NCBI GenBank assembly: GCA_965233585.1
Contig: CBDDTI010000747.1
Coordinates: 192,001 to 256,000, forward strand
Direction: 5' to 3'
Origin: a bacterium
GTDB taxonomy: Bacteria; SAR324; NAC60-12
Length of the DNA stretch: 64,000 bases
Shown: one piece after another, positions 56,880 through 64,000 of the stretch
How positions within the stretch are numbered: the first letter of the stretch is position 1
Layout of the letters: every line of letters starts with the position of its first letter
The notes under the pieces: model-generated
Told to the model about the DNA's origin: nothing
Databases searched by the model: none
Seen by the model: the letters and a program-made list of their open reading frames with translations, nothing else
Program-made: the position numbers and the translations under genes

Positions 56880-59819
56880 ATGAAAAGAGGATTAAGCAGA
56901 AGAAATTTATTAAAGTATGCAGGTTTAAGCGGGGCGTCTGCTGTTGCGGCAGGTTGTCAAAATGAACCTGAAAAGATTATTCCTTTACTTATTCCACCCA
57001 ACGAGTTTGAGTATGTTCCCCAACAAGCATACCAATACATGACCACTTGTCATGAATGTTCTGCAGGTTGTGGAATGATGGTCACCGTGCGTGAAGGTCG
57101 TGCGCAGAAAGCAGAGGGTAACCCTCTTCACCCCATTAACAAAGGTGCATTGTGTTCTCACGGGCAAGCATCTATGCAGGCTCTCTACAACCCTGAACGG
57201 CTACCTTTGCCTTTGAAAAAAGGAGGTGAGCAAACAGATTGGGACACTGCACTCAAGTTGTTCCAAGAGAAAGTCAAAGCATCTCAAGGGAAAATTGCTT
57301 ATGTCAGCTCCAATTTGACTGCCACCAAAAAGAAGTTTGTGAGCCAGTGGCTTACAGAAGTTGGAGGTCGGCATGTCGTTTTTGAACTCTTTCAGCCTGA
57401 TAGTCTGAAGCAGGCTAATGAAATTGCCTTCGGTCAAGCTCAAGTGCCTGTTTTTGCCTTTGAAGAGGCAGAGTATCTTTTGAACTTTGGTGCAGACTTC
57501 GTTGAAAGTTGGGGGTCCTCAAGCGAGCATTCCAGACGCTTTGCACAAATGAGACTTCACACCAAAGAACATCATAAAGTCAAATATGTTCATGCCAGCC
57601 CCCATGTCTCTTTGACTGGTGCGCAGTCTGACGAGTGGGTGCCGATTAAGCCCGGAACTGAAGGCTTGATGGCATTAGCTCTTGCCTATGAAGTGCGTCA
57701 AGCCAAAGGAGGTTATGAATTTTTGCAGGAATATCTTGAACGATACACACCAGACAAAGTTGCCTCAAAGATAGGAATTGACGCCAAACGCATTCGTGAA
57801 ATTGCCCAAGAAATTATCAAAGCATCTCCCAGTTTGATTCTTGGCGGGGGTAATTTAGTGGCATCAGAACATGGTGTCTCAACATTAGTAGCAGTGAATA
57901 TCTTGAACGCAGTCGCTGGCAATCTAGGTAGAACCGTCAGATTCACTGACAACGTTTCAGAAGACGATAATTCATACAAAATTCAAAACTTAATTCAAGA
58001 TTTAGAACAATCTCAAATAGATTTGGTCATCTTTGATGAGGTCAATCCCGTTTATGCCTTGCCCAAATCTGCTAACTTTGAAGCGCTGCTCAAAAAAACT
58101 TTCACTGTCAGCCTCTGTTCTGCAAAATCAGAGACTGCACATGTTTCGGATTTAGTACTTGCGACGTTGACACCTTATGAGACGTGGGGCGATGCAGAAG
58201 TCCGTGATGGAGTACGCAGCATCTCTCAGCCTGTCATGGCGCCAGTTGATGTTTTCAATGCAAAAGCAACAGAAGAAATTTTACTTTCAACAGCCAAGAC
58301 GATAGGACTGGAATCGTTTGTCAATATTCCAACTTACTTGGCATACCTACAAAGCGAATGGAAAGCACTCAGCCCTGACCAAACTGATGCAGGATTCAGA
58401 AGTTTTTGGATTTCTGTTTTAGAAAATGGAGGAATCTTCAGAGAAACCAGAGAGAGTGATGTAGAACTGCTTGAAAATGTTCTCTCATTTCAGCCTCAAG
58501 AAGTGTCTTTAGAAGGCGACGGCTTTGCATTTTTACCTCTGCCTTCACCCATGTTAGGAGACGGAAGCGGTGCAAACAAACCTTGGCTTCAAGAGGTGCC
58601 AGACCCAATGAGTCAGATTGTTTGGGACTCTTGGCTAGAAATCAACCCTGACACTGCAAAAAGCCTCAAGATAGGTGATCGTGATGTTGTGGAAGTTTCA
58701 ACACCTTATGGCGCTTTGACTTTAACTGCATATTACCATTTTGGCATTCATCGGGAGGCTGTTGGTATTCAAATTGGTCAAGGTCATACTAACTCCGGTG
58801 TAGTTGCAGACGGGTTTGGTGTCAATGCCCTAGATTTACTGCCTTATCAGCATGACAAAGTTTCTGGTGGCTTTTCATTTTTGTCGGTGAAAGCTCAAGT
58901 CAAGAAAATCCCCAAAAAATCATACACTGTGAACATGGACGGCAATGCCCGTCAATTAGGGAGAGAGATTGCTGTCTCCATCACTTTAGAAGAACTGAAA
59001 AAAGGAAAGACTTATAAGAAGGGACACAAACGACCTGTTGAATTTTACCCCGAACGTGCTAAGACTGCGGGGTATTACAAGCCGTATCGCTGGGGAATGG
59101 TCATTGATTTAGACCGTTGTGATGGTTGTTCTGCCTGTGTTGTTGCCTGTTATGCAGAAAATAATATTCCCGTCGTCGGTAAGGAAAGAATGGCACTAGG
59201 ACGAGAAATGTCTTGGTTGAGAATGGAACGTTACATTGAAGGCTTTGGAGACAATTTTGAAGTCCGCTTCATTCCAATGGGTTGCCAGCATTGCGAAAAT
59301 GCAGGTTGTGAAACCGTCTGTCCTGTCTATGCCACATATCACAACCCAGAAGGATTGAATATCCAAGTTTACAATCGCTGTGTTGGGACACGTTATTGTT
59401 CTAACAACTGTGCATACAAAGTCAGACGATTTAATTGGTTTCAATATGATTTTCCTGCTCCCTTAGACCAACAACTCAATAGTTCCATCACCACACGTGA
59501 CATGGGAGTCATGGAAAAATGCACATGGTGTGTGCAAAGAATCAAAGAGGCTCAATATCAAGCGAAAAAACTCAATAGAGATGTGCTAGATGGAGAAGTT
59601 GTTACAGCATGCCAACAAACCTGTGCCACCAATGCTATTACTTTTGGAAACTTGGCAGACCCTGAAAGCCGTGTCTCACAACTAGCCAAACGTAGAAAAC
59701 ATGAGGTAGATTCAAGAGACCGTCAATATGAAGTGTTGTCTGAACTCAACTTCAAGCCTGCTGTGACTTATTTGAAAAAAATTAGATTTCGTGAAACAGA
59801 ACCGTTTGGAACACACTAG
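56880..59819 (+). CDS. actB: Alternative complex III subunit B (molybdopterin-oxidoreductase-like plus FeS domain)
   Basis: Tat motif SRRNLLK; WLQEVPDP; DLDRCDGCSACVVAC, CQHCENAGCETVCP, RCVGTRYCSNNC, EKCTWC. Confidence 0.92.
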   Translation: MKRGLSRRNLLKYAGLSGASAVAAGCQNEPEKIIPLLIPPNEFEYVPQQAYQYMTTCHECSAGCGMMVTVREGRAQKAEGNPLHPINKGALCSHGQASMQALYNPERLPLPLKKGGEQTDWDTALKLFQEKVKASQGKIAYVSSNLTATKKKFVSQWLTEVGGRHVVFELFQPDSLKQANEIAFGQAQVPVFAFEEAEYLLNFGADFVESWGSSSEHSRRFAQMRLHTKEHHKVKYVHASPHVSLTGAQSDEWVPIKPGTEGLMALALAYEVRQAKGGYEFLQEYLERYTPDKVASKIGIDAKRIREIAQEIIKASPSLILGGGNLVASEHGVSTLVAVNILNAVAGNLGRTVRFTDNVSEDDNSYKIQNLIQDLEQSQIDLVIFDEVNPVYALPKSANFEALLKKTFTVSLCSAKSETAHVSDLVLATLTPYETWGDAEVRDGVRSISQPVMAPVDVFNAKATEEILLSTAKTIGLESFVNIPTYLAYLQSEWKALSPDQTDAGFRSFWISVLENGGIFRETRESDVELLENVLSFQPQEVSLEGDGFAFLPLPSPMLGDGSGANKPWLQEVPDPMSQIVWDSWLEINPDTAKSLKIGDRDVVEVSTPYGALTLTAYYHFGIHREAVGIQIGQGHTNSGVVADGFGVNALDLLPYQHDKVSGGFSFLSVKAQVKKIPKKSYTVNMDGNARQLGREIAVSITLEELKKGKTYKKGHKRPVEFYPERAKTAGYYKPYRWGMVIDLDRCDGCSACVVACYAENNIPVVGKERMALGREMSWLRMERYIEGFGDNFEVRFIPMGCQHCENAGCETVCPVYATYHNPEGLNIQVYNRCVGTRYCSNNCAYKVRRFNWFQYDFPAPLDQQLNSSITTRDMGVMEKCTWCVQRIKEAQYQAKKLNRDVLDGEVVTACQQTCATNAITFGNLADPESRVSQLAKRRKHEVDSRDRQYEVLSELNFKPAVTYLKKIRFRETEPFGTH

Positions 59820-59837
59820 CCCGAGAGGAAACGCCTT

Positions 59838-61223
59838 ATGAGCATGGTACATTTTTCATATGCCAAAATTAATGATGATTTGCTGGACATGCTGGAACGT
59901 CCAAAGCCTTCCTATTTTTTGCTGGTTCTTGGATTCTTAGCAGCGTTGATGCTTGGCGTTTTAAGTTTAGCAATTCAAGTGGATGTTGGAATTGGCTACA
60001 GTGGGATTAGTCACCCAATCAACTGGGGTGTTTACATCACAAATTTTGTGTTCTGGATTGGGATTGGTCATGCTGGTACATTGATTTCTGCAGTGTTTTA
60101 TTTAACACGCGCCCCGTGGAGAACTGCGATTTATAGAGGAGCAGAAGCCATGACTGTTTTTGCTGTGATGACTGCTGGTATGTTTCCACTTCTACACACA
60201 GGACGCCCTTGGTTGACATATTGGCTTATTCCATACCCTAATCAACGCATGTTGTGGGTGAACTTTAAGTCTCCTCTTGCATGGGACGTGTTTGCAGTTT
60301 CTACATACATGACAGTGTCCATGCTTTTTTTCTTGCTGGGATTGATTCCAGACCTTGCTATCTTGAGAGATGAAGCCATTTTAAGAGGTAAAAAACTGAA
60401 GGCAGCGCTTTATGCACCTTTGGCTCTTGCATGGCGTGGAACAAATCATCAATGGATTCACTACATGCGTGGCTATCTCATTTTTGCTGCGATTGCGACC
60501 CCTCTGGTGTTTTCTGTTCACTCCATTGTGTCTTGGGACTTTGCCATGTCTTCTGTTCCCGGTTGGCACACTACCATTTTTGCACCCTACTTTGTAGCAG
60601 GAGCTATTTTTTCAGGTATGGCAATGGTGATGACTGTTTTGATTCCTGTCCGTGTTGTTTTTGGGTTGGAACATTACATCACAGACCATGTAGTCCAAAG
60701 TGTCTGCCGCGTGATTGTCTTCACCTCTGTCATTGTAGGATACGCTTACGCAACAGAGTTTTTTATTGCATTTTACAGTGGTTCTACCTTTGAAAGAGCC
60801 ATCTTTTACTTCAGACCTTTTGGCGTGATGGCAGGCTGGACTTTGCTGGGAGAACAAGGCATCGGTTTCCCACAGGTTGCATTTTATTTGATGGTTTTTT
60901 GCAATGTCATTGCCCCAATTCCTTTGTGGCGTTGGAAGGTTCGCAACAATCTGATTGCCGTTTGGATTATCTGCGGTTTGATCAATGTTGGCATGTGGTT
61001 TGAGCGATTTAACATTGTCGGCAGTTCGCTACAACGTGAGTTTCTACCTCATTCTTGGGGTTCTTACTGGCCTACCATCGTAGAATTTGGAATCACTGTT
61101 GGCAGTTTTGGACTCTTTTTTACACTCTTTAGTTTATTTGTCAAGGCATTGCCACCTATGGCGATTATGGAATTGAAAGAGGCGGCACACCCACCAATGA
61201 AAAATAAGGAAGCTCATGAATAA
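59838..61223 (+). CDS. actC: Alternative complex III subunit C (NrfD family)
   Basis: NFVFWIGIGHAGTLISA, HTGRPW, SPLAWDVFAVSTY, VHSIVSWDFA, GMWFERF. Confidence 0.95.
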   Translation: MSMVHFSYAKINDDLLDMLERPKPSYFLLVLGFLAALMLGVLSLAIQVDVGIGYSGISHPINWGVYITNFVFWIGIGHAGTLISAVFYLTRAPWRTAIYRGAEAMTVFAVMTAGMFPLLHTGRPWLTYWLIPYPNQRMLWVNFKSPLAWDVFAVSTYMTVSMLFFLLGLIPDLAILRDEAILRGKKLKAALYAPLALAWRGTNHQWIHYMRGYLIFAAIATPLVFSVHSIVSWDFAMSSVPGWHTTIFAPYFVAGAIFSGMAMVMTVLIPVRVVFGLEHYITDHVVQSVCRVIVFTSVIVGYAYATEFFIAFYSGSTFERAIFYFRPFGVMAGWTLLGEQGIGFPQVAFYLMVFCNVIAPIPLWRWKVRNNLIAVWIICGLINVGMWFERFNIVGSSLQREFLPHSWGSYWPTIVEFGITVGSFGLFFTLFSLFVKALPPMAIMELKEAAHPPMKNKEAHE

Positions 61224-61731
61224 ATTTATTTGGGCAGTTTTTGAAAATTTAGATGAAACTTGCCAAGCCGTCAAAGAAATTCGTAAAGAAGGGAATACAC
61301 CGACTGTCATTTCTCCATGCCCCAGACATGAGATAGATCACGCTTTGGGTGACCCCCAAAGCAGACTGCCTTTCATCTCTTTGTTTTTCGGAGCGTTGGG
61401 CTGTTTTACGGGTTACAGCTTTGTAGCATGGACAGCAGCTGATTGGGTACTGCCCGTCAGTGGCAAGCCGATTATTACCATTCCTCCTTTTACCATTGTC
61501 GGTTTTGAGTTGACCATCTTATTCACAGCATTGTTCACACTTGCAGGTATGGTGATTTTAGGCATCATTGATTCTGTCAAACACCCATTACCAAAAGGGG
61601 CTAAGTTTTATCCTCGTTTTCAAAGAGACCGCTTTGGTGTCGTCATTTCTTGTGAAGAAAGTAGCGTTCCCAAATTTCAACAGACGCTTGAAAAAAATGG
61701 AGCAGAGGAGGTACATGTTGAAAGTCAATAG
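61216..61731 (+). CDS. actD: Alternative complex III subunit D (DUF3341)
   Basis: SPCP.H, DWVLPVSGKP, FELTILF, PRF..DRF, GAEEV. Confidence 0.9.
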   Translation: MNKFIWAVFENLDETCQAVKEIRKEGNTPTVISPCPRHEIDHALGDPQSRLPFISLFFGALGCFTGYSFVAWTAADWVLPVSGKPIITIPPFTIVGFELTILFTALFTLAGMVILGIIDSVKHPLPKGAKFYPRFQRDRFGVVISCEESSVPKFQQTLEKNGAEEVHVESQ

Positions 61732-62395
61732 TTTGAAATTAGTTTTAATTTTCTGCTCATTTGTAATCTTTTCTGTCAGTTGGGCAGACCCTAAAAATAA
61801 TCCTTACAATGACCCCAACAAAGGGTCAAAAGATGGCAAAGGATATGGATTTAAAGATGATGCTCGCCCTTGGTTTGATGGCAAAGACTACCCCTTTTAC
61901 AGAGACATGTACGATGGTAAAAGCATCAAAGCTCAGGAAGAAGGGACTTATCAGAATTTTCCTACTCAATCTGTCCCTGTCAGTTTTCAGCTTGGAAAGA
62001 TTAAAAAAATCTATGAGCCTCTCGTGCCCATAGCAGAACGTTCAGTCAGTCCTGTCAACCCTCACCCTGCAACCCCAGAGTCTATTGCTAGAGGTCAAGT
62101 TCTATATGAGACCTATTGTGCTGTTTGTCATGGCAAGACAGGGAATGCGGAGTCACCTGTTGCAGAAAAAGCAAAAAAATATAGCTGGATCATTACACCC
62201 ATTTCAGCCTTGCTACCTGTGCTTTCTGAATCTCATCTTTATAATAAAATTCGTTATGGAAGTGCATATAATTTGGGGGATACCTATCAGCTTATACCTA
62301 GAACCATGCCCGCTTATGGAATGCAAACTTCTTCCAAAGATCGTTGGGACATAGTTAATTACATGAAAAGTCAAAGATTTGGAAAAAAGGATTGA
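61715..62395 (+). CDS. actE: Alternative complex III monoheme cytochrome c subunit E
   Basis: DMYD, RGQVLYETYCAVCHG, MPAYG, DRWDIVNY. Confidence 0.88.
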   Translation: MLKVNSLKLVLIFCSFVIFSVSWADPKNNPYNDPNKGSKDGKGYGFKDDARPWFDGKDYPFYRDMYDGKSIKAQEEGTYQNFPTQSVPVSFQLGKIKKIYEPLVPIAERSVSPVNPHPATPESIARGQVLYETYCAVCHGKTGNAESPVAEKAKKYSWIITPISALLPVLSESHLYNKIRYGSAYNLGDTYQLIPRTMPAYGMQTSSKDRWDIVNYMKSQRFGKKD

Positions 62396-62398
62396 TTG

Positions 62399-63676
62399 AT
62401 GAAGTCTATCGTAGAAAAGTCGGGATTTGAAATTAACCCAACATCTAAAACGGTGTTGGTTTCGTTTATGGTTCTTGCAGGAGTTGCCTTCACGGGTAGC
62501 TTAATTTTTGGAGGACAAGAGCTTGTTCGTAGGTCATGGCAGATTTTGTTGATTAACACTGTCTTTTGGGGGGGACTTTCTCAAGCTGGGGTGATTTGGG
62601 CAGTCGCATGGCAAATCACAGATGCCAAATGGGCAAGACCGTTCAAGAGAATAGGAGAGGCATTTGGTGCATTCTTGCCAGTCTCTTTTGTGATGTTTAT
62701 TTTGATCTTTTTTGGCATGAGCATTCTCTATGAGTGGACGCATACGCCTTTCTTCCATCACGGAGTCGCAGTCAAAGTTGGTTGGTTAAACATGCCTTTT
62801 TTTGTGAGTCGTAACATTTTTTGGCTTCTTCTAATGTATGGTGTCTCCTTTTTCTTTTTGTATGCTTCATGGCGTCCTGACTTTGGGTTAGCAAACAAAT
62901 TGACTCCAAATTGGGGGGGCAGTTTTGCCAAAAAATTCCTTAAAAATTACCCCCAAAATCATGAAAATGAAGTCATTAGACTGGAAGCATTGTCTAGGAA
63001 AATTGCCCCAACGCTAGCAATCATCTATGGAATTGGTGGGTCTTTTCTGGCATGGGATTACATTATGACACTGGATCAAGAATGGTTTAGCACCCTTTTT
63101 GGGGTCTTTATCTTAATTGGTAGCATGCAAGCGGCATTGGGAATTATGATTGCGGTGGCTGTGACTATCAGAGACAAATTTCAGTTGCAAGATTACATCA
63201 CCATCAATCGCCTGCATGATTTAGCCAAGTTGATCTTTGCCTTCTCTTTGCTTTGGACTTACATGGCATTTTCACAATATTTAGTCATCTGGTATGCGGA
63301 TTTGGCAGAAGAAACTCCTTTTGTCATCATTCGTTCCACAGAACAACCTTGGCAAACGATGTTTGTGATGCTTTTTGTCTGGTTGTTTGTTTCCGTCTTC
63401 TTGCTGTTACTTCCAAAAACTTTTTGTAGGAATCCAAATTTTATCCGCATCATGGGAGTTTATGTTGCAGTTGGGCAATGGCTTTCAATCTATCTTTTAG
63501 TTGTGCCATCAATTCAGGAATACGGTCATTATCAAATTGATTTTGGTTTGACTGAAATCATTGTGACATTAGGGTTTGTTGGGGCATTTTTCCTTTGCTT
63601 CCTAAATTGTCTCCGAAAACTTCCTCTCCTCCCCATCTCAGACAAGCATCTTTGCAAAACATGGCACGGTCATTGA
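62399..63676 (+). CDS. actF: Alternative complex III subunit F
   Basis: AKWARPFKRIGEA, WLN.PFF, WFSTLFG, HDLAKL, SQYLVIWYADL.EE. Confidence 0.9.
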   Translation: MKSIVEKSGFEINPTSKTVLVSFMVLAGVAFTGSLIFGGQELVRRSWQILLINTVFWGGLSQAGVIWAVAWQITDAKWARPFKRIGEAFGAFLPVSFVMFILIFFGMSILYEWTHTPFFHHGVAVKVGWLNMPFFVSRNIFWLLLMYGVSFFFLYASWRPDFGLANKLTPNWGGSFAKKFLKNYPQNHENEVIRLEALSRKIAPTLAIIYGIGGSFLAWDYIMTLDQEWFSTLFGVFILIGSMQAALGIMIAVAVTIRDKFQLQDYITINRLHDLAKLIFAFSLLWTYMAFSQYLVIWYADLAEETPFVIIRSTEQPWQTMFVMLFVWLFVSVFLLLLPKTFCRNPNFIRIMGVYVAVGQWLSIYLLVVPSIQEYGHYQIDFGLTEIIVTLGFVGAFFLCFLNCLRKLPLLPISDKHLCKTWHGH

Positions 63677-63802
63677 TGCTTTATCGGTCTTCAATCTCTT
63701 GATTTCTGCCTTCCATTTAATCCCACTGTTATTGTTGGTTTAGAATTTGTCGTGTCTCAGTTAGAATGTGACAGACAAATTTACGGCACTTAATGTAAAA
63801 AT

Positions 63803-63819
63803 CTGGAACTTATTTTGCA
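63803..63819 (+). promoter_or_regulatory. Putative sigma54 promoter upstream of fliF-like gene
   Basis: CTGGAACTTATTTTGCA, GG-N10-GC, about 42 nt before ATG. Confidence 0.6.
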
Positions 63820-63860
63820 TTGATTTTTGCAATTTCTTTGACCTCAACCAGTTTTAAAAA

Positions 63861-64000
63861 ATGGCAGAAAAAGTAAGCGCGATTCAGGACGTTCGTTCTC
63901 AATTCACCCAGTTTTTCAACTCTTTAAGTTTAGGCAAACGCATTGGTCTGGTTGCTTCATTAGGCACCATCTTTGTTGGAATGCTGATCTTCGTGGTCTT
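63861..64000 (+). CDS. fliF: 5' end of probable flagellar M-ring protein FliF (truncated)
   Basis: MAEKVSAIQDVRSQFTQFFNSLSLGKRIGLVASLGTIFVGMLIFVV: amphipathic helix plus TM typical of FliF N-termini. Confidence 0.55.
   Translation, partial: MAEKVSAIQDVRSQFTQFFNSLSLGKRIGLVASLGTIFVGMLIFVV

Overview
AT-rich bacterial chromosome segment. Gene content (futalosine menaquinone genes, long-form IspG, flagellar FliN/FliF with a sigma54-type promoter, six-gene alternative complex III) suggests a deltaproteobacterium-like, possibly SAR324-type organism; this is inference only. The housekeeping backbone includes tRNAs, mqnE, ribE, mqnD, rluD, ispG, nth, mnmE, kdsD, lysA, rpmG-rpmB-rpsD, comM, mltA and actA-F. 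Accessory blocks are: two paralogous RCC1-repeat lipoproteins, each paired with a convergent tandem-repeat coiled-coil gene; two lipoproteins built from a repeated ~90-100 aa domain I do not recognise; an amine/amide catabolic ABC operon split by a low-GC restriction-modification cassette; and REP-like palindromes bracketing a broken DUF1640-like gene. The most unusual signal is at 54.9-56.0 kb: a putative sigma54-driven unit encoding an apparently catalytically dead IS200 TnpA (HUH/Y1)-like protein whose frame continues through a single in-frame TGA, followed immediately by a SECIS-like stem-loop, into a second unknown domain. All family calls were made by eye from motifs; no searches were run.
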